Part shown: positions 55,369-64,000 of the stretch, piece by piece | Layout: each line of letters begins with the position of its first letter | How positions within the stretch are numbered: the first letter of the stretch is position 1 | DNA from: an uncultured Gammaproteobacteria bacterium | GTDB lineage: Bacteria > Patescibacteriota > Microgenomatia > UBA12405 > JAHJSD01 | NCBI GenBank assembly: GCA_964498425.1 | Contig: CAZCGQ010000001.1 | Span: forward strand, 163,063-227,062 | DNA length: 64,000 nt | Direction: 5' to 3' | Made by a program: the position numbers and the translations under genes | The notes under the pieces: model-generated | Database searches by the model: none | What the model was told of the DNA's origin: nothing | Seen by the model: only the letters and a program-made list of their open reading frames with translations

Positions 55369-55609
55369 GCTTCTTTATACCAAATCCGCAATTAAGGATA
55401 TTAACAAACTTGATCCTGTCGCTAAAAAGAAAATCAAAAAAAAGATAGAACTATATTCACGAAAGCCATTCAGGCATGCAAAAAAACTAATCGACTCAGC
55501 TTTAGGTACATACCGGTGGCGGGCTGGCGACTACCGAATAGTGTTTGATCGAGATGAAAACAAACTAATTATCCTCTGCGTTGGCCACCGCAAAGAAATC
55601 TACCGGTAA
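55343..55609 (+). CDS. Type II toxin, RelE/ParE family
   Basis: KYKLLYTKSAIKDINKLDPVAKKKI...YRWRAGDYRIVFDRDENKLIILCVGHRKEIY. It overlaps the antitoxin; the start is uncertain (an ATG at 55343 is assumed). Confidence 0.75.
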   Translation: MNKPSAKYKLLYTKSAIKDINKLDPVAKKKIKKKIELYSRKPFRHAKKLIDSALGTYRWRAGDYRIVFDRDENKLIILCVGHRKEIYR

Positions 55610-55686
55610 CCTTTAACTCTTTACTATTAACTATTCACAATACTTATCCGAACATCAGGTCCAAACCCCGCCGATTAAGCCAGTTT

Positions 55687-56910
55687 TTAATTCACCCAAC
55701 CGCCTTTTCCAGAAGCTATTTTCAATTGTTCAGCGGAAATCCTTCTTGCGTGATGACGTTGAACTTGGAGCTCTAATTCTTGCCTCGATAACAATGCACG
55801 CCTAACTCGATAAAAATCCCTATCGTTTTTTATCCCCCAACGTTCTTGCTCCGATTTTAACCTTTTATCTAACTTGGGATACGTTTGTTCATCCCTACTA
55901 AACCGAGCTAAACTAACCAACTTACCAATTTCCCTGTCATCAAGTCCCATAACTCTTAAACCTCTTATCAGATTAAAAGCCTTGTTTGCTAATAAAAAGT
56001 CACTATCATTTTCACTATAATAATCAACAACAAATCTAGCTATTTCATCTCTTTCATCTAGGCTTTTATCACCAAACCCAGGGTTACTAGCCGTTGCTTC
56101 AAAAGCATGAATTTCACCAAGGATTTTATCATTGGTGAAATTTGACCGTATTTTTTTAACTAAATGATAAGTTGAAGCCATAAAAGACAGTGCTGGAACA
56201 AGTCCATATCTGGAAAGAATAGTTTGATACCCGACCGCCCGACTTAGTCCAGGTAAATATAACATTGCTTTTTGCATTTTCGAGTATTGCTTATCATGTG
56301 TCAATTCATGATCCAAATTGAATATCAGTTTTGGTAATTCTCCCTCATCAGCCATTGAAGCCCACATTTCTTCCACCGTTGGAGACTTAAATGGAAAAGC
56401 AGCTAAATCAAGTAACGGTAAATAGACCCCTCCAATGCTTTTCTTTCCCATTACTTTTGCGACTAAGGAATCTGGTGCAAAAAATCTAACCCAGGAGTCA
56501 TATCGACCATTTTCTAAACCGGCAAGAAGGGCGGCGGCAATACCAACATCTTCAAGTTCCTCAAGATATTCAGTTTCTCCTCTTAGCCTAAGAATCAAAT
56601 GATCAAACTCTGGCTTTAAATCCTTAGAAGGAATCCTGGATAAATAACTCTCGGCAATACCCGTCGAAAGTCCAACGGGACGATTTATCAACTCGAAAAA
56701 TTGATTAAGATTATCCCTATAAGCTACTAATTTCTTAATCTCTTGACTACCCGAATCTACTTCGTCAATATCTCGAAATCCGTCTCGTATGTGCGCTTCA
56801 AATTTCCGCTGCATCCACTCTTCAGGAGATATAAAATCGTCTCGATAACGCTCATAAATAACTTGGAGTTGATCACTACCTATTCTTTCTCCACCTTCTT
56901 CTGTCATCAT
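55687..56910 (-). CDS. Hypothetical 407-aa soluble protein with an HExxH motif (possible zinc metallopeptidase-like)
   Basis: The only recognisable feature is the motif NLDHELTHD. No TM helix. Confidence 0.3.
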   Translation of the reverse strand: MMTEEGGERIGSDQLQVIYERYRDDFISPEEWMQRKFEAHIRDGFRDIDEVDSGSQEIKKLVAYRDNLNQFFELINRPVGLSTGIAESYLSRIPSKDLKPEFDHLILRLRGETEYLEELEDVGIAAALLAGLENGRYDSWVRFFAPDSLVAKVMGKKSIGGVYLPLLDLAAFPFKSPTVEEMWASMADEGELPKLIFNLDHELTHDKQYSKMQKAMLYLPGLSRAVGYQTILSRYGLVPALSFMASTYHLVKKIRSNFTNDKILGEIHAFEATASNPGFGDKSLDERDEIARFVVDYYSENDSDFLLANKAFNLIRGLRVMGLDDREIGKLVSLARFSRDEQTYPKLDKRLKSEQERWGIKNDRDFYRVRRALLSRQELELQVQRHHARRISAEQLKIASGKGGWVN

Positions 56911-56928
56911 TAAATTCTATCAAAAAAT

Positions 56929-58104
56929 TTATCCAAACATCAGCCAGGAGGGCTTAAAGAGAAGAAGCAGGCCGATAATAAACATCAAAATTCCTCCAAT
57001 AAGATTGGAATATCGGGAGTACTTAGTAGAAATACCAGTCATCTGCATGGTAATCATTGCGGCAAAGAAAACAAACAGGTCATCAACCATAAAGAAGAAG
57101 ATATAAATGGCTATGTAAAAATAATACCGCCAGGTGGCTAAATTATTAATTGCCAAAACCTGAGTGAAGACCGCCGGCAAACCAGCTGAACAAATTAACT
57201 CCACGACATTAACCGCCAAAGCCAGCAAAATTATCCCTCCTAAAGCCAATATAAAATTCCGGCGATGGGTTATATCCTTAATTTTGTCAAAAACCCGACG
57301 GCGTTTTTCATCCCCAGTAACCTTACAACCGCCGTCCTTATTCACCCAAAATTCACGTAAATTATAACCACCTGCAGCCAAAGCAACTAGACCAATTGCC
57401 AACCTAATCCAAATAACCATTCCTAAAAGTAAAAAGAAATTTAGCCAAGCCGCCATAATCATGAAGTAGACAAAGGCGGAAGTAACAATAAAGGCAATTC
57501 CAAGAATCCACATTCTTTTCTTATCTTTCATTCCCAGCAGCAAGGAAATTAAAAATAACAGTGTCCACATCGCACAAGGATTAAACCCGTCCAACGCTCC
57601 CAAAATAACTGATAACGCCGGTAGAGAAAGTTCTTTAGTCTTAATCTGACCTAAAATGGGTACGCTCAAATTATCCGGGATAACTGCGGAATTAGGCAAA
57701 GTAGACTGATTAGCTTCCCCTAAAATATCTTGACAGCCGGTTTCAATCGCACACTGAACATGTTCCTCTATTTTTTGTCCAGTTGTTTCATCATTATGAT
57801 AGCCGACAACATAATGTTCACCAATAACCGTAAAGGGTACACCAGGAATTTGGACATCAAGTTTTTCTCCAGCCTCTTGAAGCAACTTGGCATTATTATC
57901 CTTGCCAATTTCATAATCTTTGACAACCACTTCCGAATATTCGCTCTGAAGCCCTTTTAAAAACTCCTTCTCCTTAGCACAGTGCGGACATCCTTGACCC
58001 CAAAAAAAATGTACGGTTACCTGATTATTCTGGGCAAAAGTCGGTGAAGCCAAAAAAAATATCCCGGCGACAAAAATAGTTAACCATAGGAATACTTTTT
58101 TCAT
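56929..58104 (-). CDS. Thioredoxin-like domain (CPHC) fused to a CcdA/DsbD-type transmembrane thiol-disulfide transporter
   Basis: Signal peptide, then WGQGCPHCAKEK. A polytopic domain follows with conserved TM cysteines (FNPCAMW, ELICSAGLP). Confidence 0.7.
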   Translation of the reverse strand: MKKVFLWLTIFVAGIFFLASPTFAQNNQVTVHFFWGQGCPHCAKEKEFLKGLQSEYSEVVVKDYEIGKDNNAKLLQEAGEKLDVQIPGVPFTVIGEHYVVGYHNDETTGQKIEEHVQCAIETGCQDILGEANQSTLPNSAVIPDNLSVPILGQIKTKELSLPALSVILGALDGFNPCAMWTLLFLISLLLGMKDKKRMWILGIAFIVTSAFVYFMIMAAWLNFFLLLGMVIWIRLAIGLVALAAGGYNLREFWVNKDGGCKVTGDEKRRRVFDKIKDITHRRNFILALGGIILLALAVNVVELICSAGLPAVFTQVLAINNLATWRYYFYIAIYIFFFMVDDLFVFFAAMITMQMTGISTKYSRYSNLIGGILMFIIGLLLLFKPSWLMFG

Positions 58105-58409
58105 CTTTCTCGGTTCTCTTTGACAATCTCAATTAACTTTTCTTTTGGATGTTCCCCATTAAGCCGTAAAAATTCCTGACCCTCCTTATCTAGAAAGATA
58201 AAAACCGGAAGTTTCCCGCTTTCAACCCCGTATTCTTCAACTTTTTCCTTTTTTTTATCATAATCCAAATACTCTGTTTCCAGCCAAGAAAGCTCTTTTT
58301 CAATTTCCGCCCACCGCGGCTTCATCACCAAACAACCGGCACACCAATCCGCCCCAATTTTAATTACTTTCATAAGAGCCATTGTAAAACCTTGCTTTAA
58401 TTTTTTCAA
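58101..58409 (-). CDS. Thioredoxin
   Basis: ADWCAGC is the WCxxC active site. The Met at 58382 is the probable true start. Confidence 0.75.
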   Translation of the reverse strand: MKKLKQGFTMALMKVIKIGADWCAGCLVMKPRWAEIEKELSWLETEYLDYDKKKEKVEEYGVESGKLPVFIFLDKEGQEFLRLNGEHPKEKLIEIVKENRER

Positions 58410-59241
58410 GTTCGGTTTTCACCTTTAAATTTGTATCCATAACGGGATTTAATTTTGACAACGCTTTAAAAATTTTCCTGTCATAACTAATTTTTCCCAA
58501 AAACTTCTCGCCTGCCCAATTTTCAATTTCATCAGCCAAATCACGATTAAGATCAAATTTATTGACAACCAAACGCCAAGGCAGATCAAACTTATTAACG
58601 ACCATTAAAATCCTTTTTAAATCGGACTTGCCCGTCAAAGTCGGTTCGGTTACAAGAATAACTACATCTGCCTCCTTCAAGCCAGCAGTAACCGGACAAC
58701 CAATCCCGGCTGGGATATCAATTAAAGTAATCTTTGCCTTAAATTCACGGCTCTTTTTAATAATCTCGTCAACAATTTTTCCAGAGCCTGTTTCCCCAGG
58801 ATAAAGTTTTCCGGATATTAAATTAAATCCGTGTATATTTTTCTTAATTCTTAGTTGCCCATTAACAACCTTAACCATATCAATAACATTTGGACCTAAA
58901 ACCTGCTGACATAAACCGCAACCTTCGCATAAAAAGGAATTAACTCGAAGATTATCGTTTTGACAACTAATTGCTCCAAATTGACATGGCACATTAAAGT
59001 CACTGCAATCAAAATTCGATTTTTGTACTGCTGCCCTTTCCGTTAATGATAGTTCTCCTGTTTCATCCCATTGATCAATTCCACCTAACCACAAATGTAA
59101 ATTGGGAGCATCAACATCAGCGTCTACCGCAACAACCGTACTCTCGTGACTAAGCATCATCGCCAAACCAGAGGCAAGCATTGACTTACCAACGCCCCCC
59201 TTACCTGAAGCAACTGCAATAGTCAGATTTTGCCTAGACAC
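58360..59241 (-). CDS. MinD/ParA-superfamily P-loop ATPase with an inserted 4Fe-4S ferredoxin-type cysteine motif (COG1149-like)
   Basis: ASGKGGVGKS is a deviant Walker A. CEGCGLCQQV is the ferredoxin-like Cys motif. Confidence 0.7.
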   Translation of the reverse strand: MSRQNLTIAVASGKGGVGKSMLASGLAMMLSHESTVVAVDADVDAPNLHLWLGGIDQWDETGELSLTERAAVQKSNFDCSDFNVPCQFGAISCQNDNLRVNSFLCEGCGLCQQVLGPNVIDMVKVVNGQLRIKKNIHGFNLISGKLYPGETGSGKIVDEIIKKSREFKAKITLIDIPAGIGCPVTAGLKEADVVILVTEPTLTGKSDLKRILMVVNKFDLPWRLVVNKFDLNRDLADEIENWAGEKFLGKISYDRKIFKALSKLNPVMDTNLKVKTELEKIKARFYNGSYESN

Positions 59242-60065
59242 TTTTCTACCCGATGACTTTCTAATTTCAATAGATTCCCTCTAGCATAACCATCTGCAAT
59301 TTTTTGACAGTGGGGAACCTCAGCAATAATCTTTTCTGGGTCAAAATTATTTTTTATTAAATCAATATTCCCCAAATCCGCCTGATTAATTACAACCTTA
59401 TAGCCTATACCCAATTTTTTAATCACCTCAACGATCACTTTCAAATCATGTTGGCCCAAAGGCGTAGGCTCAGTTACTGCAATTGCCTGATTAACTTCTA
59501 ACAAAGCATTAATTACACTACAATGAGCCCCCGGGGCTGTATCAATAATAATCGTTTCAACACCTAATTCTTCTGCTCTCTGCCGAGCATGTTTTCGTAA
59601 ATCCTGAACAACTGGCCCAGTCTCATCAACGCCATAGCCTGATCGACCAGTTATTAACAGCAAATTATCATTTATTTTGCTTTCAAAAATTTCGCCTATT
59701 GTTTTTTTAATTTTAGTAATTGCTCCAAATGGACAAACATGCCAACATAAGCCACAATTAGCACACAAATCATTATAAAATTCTGGCGCATTTCCAGGTG
59801 GAGCAAATATTGCATTAAATCTGCATTTTTGACCGCATAAACCGCATTTCTGACATTTACTTTCAATCAATTTGGGGAAATAAGCCGCGACTTGACTAAC
59901 CAAACTATCAAGTTTTTGGTTGGTTAAAAGGTAATCATTAGGACACTCAACATCAGCATCAACTAAAATCACCTTTTTCTTTTTAGCAATTTGGCCGGCA
60001 AGCAAAACGGCAATCGTTGATTTCCCAACACCGCCCTTACCCCCGGTAACCGCAACTTCCCTCAT
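59223..60065 (-). CDS. MinD/ParA-superfamily P-loop ATPase with two 4Fe-4S ferredoxin motifs
   Basis: TGGKGGVGKST. CQKCGLCGQKCRFNAI and CANCGLCWHVCPFGAI. Confidence 0.75.
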   Translation of the reverse strand: MREVAVTGGKGGVGKSTIAVLLAGQIAKKKKVILVDADVECPNDYLLTNQKLDSLVSQVAAYFPKLIESKCQKCGLCGQKCRFNAIFAPPGNAPEFYNDLCANCGLCWHVCPFGAITKIKKTIGEIFESKINDNLLLITGRSGYGVDETGPVVQDLRKHARQRAEELGVETIIIDTAPGAHCSVINALLEVNQAIAVTEPTPLGQHDLKVIVEVIKKLGIGYKVVINQADLGNIDLIKNNFDPEKIIAEVPHCQKIADGYARGNLLKLESHRVEKCLGKI

Positions 60066-61322
60066 CTATTTCTTCTCCTTTGTTGGCTGACTAGTTTTTT
60101 TCAACTTCTCATCAATATATAAATCTACTGCCTCTTTTACTGTTTTTTCATCGGTCAAATAAACATCGATAAGATAATCCCGCAAAGTATGAAAGGAGAT
60201 TTCCCCAATCTCTTTAGTAATGACAATATTTGCCCTCTGAGCATTAATCAGTTTTACTACCGCTAGTCCCGCCCTTACTTCCTTTTCGCGATATGGGTTT
60301 TTAACTGCATATTCACCAATAATCTTATCCTTTTTAATGTTTACAAAAAGATAATTATCTGCCCGGCCAAATTCTTTAGCTACCTTTGATTGTAAACCCT
60401 TGTCATTATCAATAGGAAAAGCCAAGTGTGAATATTCATCAGTGTGAGGTTCAATGTGGACAAAAAAAGAATCAATATCTCTAAAATTATTTTTAACTTT
60501 GGCCTCAATTTGGTCAGCAATCTTATGAGCTCGATCAACCTCAACCTCTTTTTTAATGCCAACCTTAACCTGGCCAAAAACAAACGGTCCAGATTGCCTC
60601 AATTTCAAGTCAAAAGCCTCTTCAACACCTGGAATTTCCTCTACAGCTGTAATTACTTCCTGGTGCAAATTTTCACCAGGACTGACATCCATTAATCCCA
60701 GAACTCCTTCTTTAGCGGCTTCAATTCCGATTTTTAAAATTAAACCTGAAATTACTAAGGTAATAATTCCTTCAACGTAAGGAATATTGTTAACCGTTGC
60801 TAGAGTTCCAAAAAAGACCGCTGAAGAAGTTAAAATATGAGTACGGTTCTCTTTTCCCAAAGATATTAGACTTTGAGAATTTATTTCTTGGCCAATTTTA
60901 ACTTCATATCGGCCAAAGAAAAATAATATAACTGCATCCAATAATGATATTCCCATTGCCAAATAGGGAACTTGAATAGCTGACAAAGAAGTTAAACGTG
61001 AAAGTCCTCGAACAACCATTTGACCAAAGGCGTAGAATATTAGTCCGGAAATAATAACCGTTGTTAAATTTTCTGCTTTGTAATAACCATAAGGGAATTT
61101 TTCATCTGGTTCCTTTTGGGCTAATTTTAATCCCAACCAGGAAGCAAATATTGTAAATAAATCCGAAACGCTGTGAACAGCGTCAGATATTAAAACGACA
61201 CTGCCAGAAATTAAACCAATAATCACCTTTGAACCAGCTAAAACAGTTTCTAGTCCAGCAGCAACTTCAGTTAATCGCTGACCTTTTTTTAGATTATTTT
61301 TCTCCATCTGATATTTCCTCAA
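60066..61322 (-). CDS. Cation diffusion facilitator (CDF) transporter fused to a C-terminal NifX/NafY-like (dinitrogenase FeMo-cofactor-binding fold) domain
   Basis: The CDF TM domain carries SDAVHSVSD and a KFPYGYYKAE region. The C-terminal ~105 aa read FPIDNDKGLQSKVAKEFGRADNYLFVNI...GLAVVKLINAQRANIVITKEIGE, which matches the PF02579 pattern. Confidence 0.65.
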   Translation of the reverse strand: MRKYQMEKNNLKKGQRLTEVAAGLETVLAGSKVIIGLISGSVVLISDAVHSVSDLFTIFASWLGLKLAQKEPDEKFPYGYYKAENLTTVIISGLIFYAFGQMVVRGLSRLTSLSAIQVPYLAMGISLLDAVILFFFGRYEVKIGQEINSQSLISLGKENRTHILTSSAVFFGTLATVNNIPYVEGIITLVISGLILKIGIEAAKEGVLGLMDVSPGENLHQEVITAVEEIPGVEEAFDLKLRQSGPFVFGQVKVGIKKEVEVDRAHKIADQIEAKVKNNFRDIDSFFVHIEPHTDEYSHLAFPIDNDKGLQSKVAKEFGRADNYLFVNIKKDKIIGEYAVKNPYREKEVRAGLAVVKLINAQRANIVITKEIGEISFHTLRDYLIDVYLTDEKTVKEAVDLYIDEKLKKTSQPTKEKK

Positions 61323-61620
61323 TAACTTGTTCGACTGTTAAATCTGTTGACTTAGACATCATTTTAATGCCAGCTGATTCCAAAACTCGAACCGCATTCG
61401 GTCCAAAATTACCGGCAACAACCATTTTTATTCCCTGAGCAGCAACAAACTGACCGGTAGATACCCCTGCTCCTCTCTGTGCTGTTTTACCAGGGTTATC
61501 AACAACCGTTATGTTAACAGGTTGATCGAGATCAACTATTTGAAAATATTGACATCGCCCAAATCGAGAATCAATTAAACTGGTCTTGTCCTTGCCTTGA
61601 GCAGCAACTGCAACTTTCAT
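61294..61620 (-). CDS. NifX/NifB-like dinitrogenase FeMo-cofactor biosynthesis-domain protein (PF02579)
   Basis: MKVAVAAQGKDKTSLIDSRFGRCQYFQIVD...GIKMVVAGNFGPNAVRVLESAGIKM. Start set at the internal Met (61620), giving a 4-nt overlap with the upstream gene. Confidence 0.75.
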   Translation of the reverse strand: MKVAVAAQGKDKTSLIDSRFGRCQYFQIVDLDQPVNITVVDNPGKTAQRGAGVSTGQFVAAQGIKMVVAGNFGPNAVRVLESAGIKMMSKSTDLTVEQVIEEISDGEK

Positions 61621-62129
61621 TTTTCCCTCTTTCTGATTAATTGACTGCCGCATTTGGGACAAACTTGTTGATAACAAGGTTCACCCGGTTGATGTGCTTC
61701 TTGATAATCACACTCCGGGTTAGGGCAGCTGCAATAACCGCCAGGCCCTGCCTGCAGCGATCCGCCTTTTCTACCTCGTCCCTGACCAACACCAAATCCT
61801 TTGCCTCGCCCTCTACCTGGTCTTCCATTTCCATTATTAACCATATTTCCCTCACCTCCTTTCACTCGTATCGCCTGTCCTAATACTAATCCTTTAGCTA
61901 TCTTTTTTCTAGCTGAAGATAAAATCCGCTGAAGAGTACTCTGAGATACTTTCATTTCTTGAGCAGCACTTTCTTGGTCAATCCCGTCAAAATCAACTAG
62001 GCGTATTGCTTCCAACTCATCATGAGCCACATTAACTTCCTTCAAATGCTTTAGCGGTACATTTACCGGCTTAAAATAAGTTATTTCTGGTACAAATTTA
62101 ACCCTTCTTGGGTTCTTAGGTCTAGGCAT
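61617..62129 (-). CDS. DUF134 (UPF0251) predicted DNA-binding protein with a C-terminal Cys4 zinc ribbon
   Basis: PRPKNPRRVKFVPEITYFKP...LEAIRLVDFDGIDQESAAQEMKVSQSTLQRIL is the DUF134 HTH region. The C-terminus reads CSCPNPEC...CPKCGS. Confidence 0.65.
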   Translation of the reverse strand: MPRPKNPRRVKFVPEITYFKPVNVPLKHLKEVNVAHDELEAIRLVDFDGIDQESAAQEMKVSQSTLQRILSSARKKIAKGLVLGQAIRVKGGEGNMVNNGNGRPGRGRGKGFGVGQGRGRKGGSLQAGPGGYCSCPNPECDYQEAHQPGEPCYQQVCPKCGSQLIRKREK

Positions 62130-62162
62130 ATATTATGAATATATACCCATAATCCCTCTTTG

Positions 62163-62534
62163 TCAAGTGATTTGCTCGTCATCCGATACATCAATAGTGA
62201 TCCGCTTAGGAGAAAGTAAACTATTTCTTTTAAGAATTTTTTCAGACCTTTCAGAAAAATGCACCGGCATTCCCTGATCCTCATAGCCTCTTCTATTTGC
62301 TTCTAATATCTCCTCTAAGGATAAACAACCAGTAATTCTTTCAATATTTTCTGGGCCCGCAGTTCCCGCAGATCCTGGACGCAAAATTATATCTCCATCG
62401 GCAGCTTGGAATAACCTTGCCGAATGAAAAAAATGTTTATTCTCAGGACCAACATTTATAACCACATCTTCTCTGCCTGGATAATTTTTAACAGAAAAGG
62501 TATTTCCAAATTCGATTTCAATTTCCTTCTTCAT
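62163..62534 (-). CDS. Hypothetical protein, possibly DUF126/AcnX-small-subunit-like
   Basis: Weak resemblance only (ILRPGSAGTAGPENI against the GSxxGS region). Confidence 0.25.
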   Translation of the reverse strand: MKKEIEIEFGNTFSVKNYPGREDVVINVGPENKHFFHSARLFQAADGDIILRPGSAGTAGPENIERITGCLSLEEILEANRRGYEDQGMPVHFSERSEKILKRNSLLSPKRITIDVSDDEQIT

Positions 62535-62628
62535 AATAAGAAATTATACCTAATATTCCACCAAATCACAATTACCATTTCAATTATTGCGCGATCGCGC
62601 ATTCTGAGGAAATTAGTTATCGGAGAAA

Positions 62629-63174
62629 TTACATTAATTCTTCAATTTCTTCAACTAACTGCTCTGGAGTAGAAACTATCTCGTAAACCCGAAGTTCTTC
62701 GTCACGTATACGCATATTTTTGCCGAATGCTTCCATTATTTCGTGCCACCATGACCCATAAAGCAGCATCGGCTTGTGTTTGCCAAAAAAGAGCCTGGCT
62801 AAACCCCAAGCCATGCCAAACTCGGATACCGTACCTGTTCCTCCGTTAAAGACAACATAAACATCTCCTAAATCCAAAAGTTTTTTGGTTCTTTGCCAAT
62901 AATCTTCAGCCATAATCTCCTTATCAACAGGATTAGACGAATCTTTACCCTCAAAAAAGGTCATCCCTTCCGCCTTAAAACTAACCCCGATGGTTTTTCC
63001 CCCCGCTTCGTTTCCCCCCAAAGTAGATGCCTTCATTATCCCTGGACCGCCACCATTAACAATCGTTATTCCCTTCTTAGCCAGCAGAAATGCTGACTTT
63101 TTTGCCGCTTGAAAATCCTCGCTTTCCGGACTGGCTTCAGAATGGCCAAAAAAGGTTACGGCTTTAATCTTCAT
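62629..63174 (-). CDS. LOG-family protein (cytokinin riboside 5'-monophosphate phosphoribohydrolase / TIGR00730)
   Basis: NGGGPGIMKA and FNGGTGTVSEF (the PGGxGTxxE motif). Confidence 0.8.
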   Translation of the reverse strand: MKIKAVTFFGHSEASPESEDFQAAKKSAFLLAKKGITIVNGGGPGIMKASTLGGNEAGGKTIGVSFKAEGMTFFEGKDSSNPVDKEIMAEDYWQRTKKLLDLGDVYVVFNGGTGTVSEFGMAWGLARLFFGKHKPMLLYGSWWHEIMEAFGKNMRIRDEELRVYEIVSTPEQLVEEIEELM

Positions 63175-63901
63175 AATCTGATGATAACAAACTTTTTAAT
63201 TTTTTGGCATTATCGATTGCAAATCCTTGAAAATCATTATTAAAGTAACAATAAACGCTCAACCCCTCTTCAAGATAATTCATAATCCGTAATTTATAAT
63301 TCTCTAATTCTTCATCCGAATATTTTGATTGATAATACCCATCGGGGCCGTGTAAACGTAAATAAGCAAAATCAGCAGTAACTATTTCCGGAGAAGGGGC
63401 ACCTTGATGGTCATGAATGCAAAACCCAATGCCATGCTTCTTTAATAAGCTGAAAACCTCATCCGTATACCAAGTCTTATTTCTAAACTCAAAAACCCAA
63501 CTCTGCTTATTGGGTAATAACTCAATAAAGCTTTTCAACCGATCAACATTTACATTCCACTGCGGCGGCAGTTGAAATAAAATCGGCCCGAGTTTACTAC
63601 CTAAAGGCTGAGCTCGCTCTAGTAAACGTGCAATTGGTTCCCCATCAACCATCAAATTTTTCATGTGGGTAATATATCGGTTGGCTTTAACAGTAAAAAT
63701 AAAATTATCACCAACACTGTCTGCCCAATTTTGGAAAGTTTTCTTTGACGGCAGGTTGTAAAAAGAATTATTTATTTCAACTGTGTCAAAGTGCTCAGCG
63801 TAATAATCTAAACGTTTGTTAGAAGCAATATCCAATGGGTAAAATTCATCTACCCAATCGTCATAAGAATAGCCTGAAGTCCCAATAAATATCTTACCCA
63901 T
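63164..63901 (-). CDS. DUF72 (UPF0759) family protein
   Basis: IGTSGYSYDDWVDEFYP...YYAEHFDTVEINNSFY is the DUF72 N-terminal signature. Confidence 0.8.
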   Translation of the reverse strand: MGKIFIGTSGYSYDDWVDEFYPLDIASNKRLDYYAEHFDTVEINNSFYNLPSKKTFQNWADSVGDNFIFTVKANRYITHMKNLMVDGEPIARLLERAQPLGSKLGPILFQLPPQWNVNVDRLKSFIELLPNKQSWVFEFRNKTWYTDEVFSLLKKHGIGFCIHDHQGAPSPEIVTADFAYLRLHGPDGYYQSKYSDEELENYKLRIMNYLEEGLSVYCYFNNDFQGFAIDNAKKLKSLLSSDYED

Positions 63902-64000
63902 TTTATACTTGCAAACCTTAGATCACCATCTTCTAAAATGTTCCGAACCGTGAGAAAGTCGCGGGGGTTGCCTTTCACTCATTGGAACCACTTTCACCGC

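Noticed and set aside
58360-60065. The two MinD-like ATPases as chromosome-partitioning ParA/MinD
   Set aside because: Both carry ferredoxin-type Cys clusters and sit with NifX-like and DUF134 genes. There is no minC/minE or parB context, so they fit the Fe-S COG1149 type better.

Overview
This 64-kb window is gene-dense, AT-rich and almost entirely coding. It looks like a small-genome bacterium, probably from the Candidate Phyla Radiation (Patescibacteria). Many core proteins are domain-minimal: a short IF2, UvrC without its HhH tail, DnaJ without a zinc finger, short HrcA and short MetRS. No CRISPR array, rRNA or intact integrase is present.

Minus-strand housekeeping blocks:
- nusA-infB-(DHH-like)-rpsO-pnp
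- uvrC/uvrA/uvrB, next to an AlkD-like DNA alkylation repair gene
- hrcA-grpE-dnaK-dnaJ, with a CIRCE-like operator just upstream of hrcA
- obg
- two UvrD-family helicases, one fused to a Cas4/AddB-like Fe-S nuclease domain

Genes on the plus strand include rpsT, metG, a family-4 UDG and a radical-SAM enzyme. There are three tRNAs: Lys-CTT (minus), and Val-GAC and Ile-GAT (plus).

Accessory content:
- A large cell-surface glycan locus at 26.3-35.6 kb and 46.1-50.5 kb. It holds five GT-C fold membrane glycosyltransferases (one YYY/DUF2298 type), a GT4, a GT2, a WecA-like initiating transferase, MurJ, a UbiA-family prenyltransferase and an FAD oxidoreductase.
- A surface-protein cluster at 37.8-42.6 kb: a Thr/Pro-repeat protein, a ~40-Cys secreted protein, an FN3-domain protein, and PilN-/PilO-like proteins.
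- A ~3.3-kb islet integrated at the 3' end of tRNA-Ile. It is bounded by an 18-bp direct repeat and carries a truncated serine-recombinase remnant, a DUF4352-like protein and a compact OLD-family (ABC-ATPase + Toprim) nuclease.
- A Phd/RelE toxin-antitoxin pair immediately outside the islet's right repeat.
- A redox and 'nif-like' cluster at 56.9-62.1 kb: a thioredoxin-CcdA fusion, a thioredoxin, two MinD-type Fe-S ATPases, a CDF transporter fused to a NifX-like domain, a stand-alone NifX-like protein, and a DUF134 regulator.

Non-coding signals:
- A 28-bp perfect palindrome present twice.
- A conserved hairpin/palindrome family (with a compensatory base-pair swap) next to uvrB, the alkD-like gene and the uvrC/nusA junction.
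- A 24-bp perfect palindrome at the UDG start.
- A 30-nt tandem repeat array framing tRNA-Val and tRNA-Ile.
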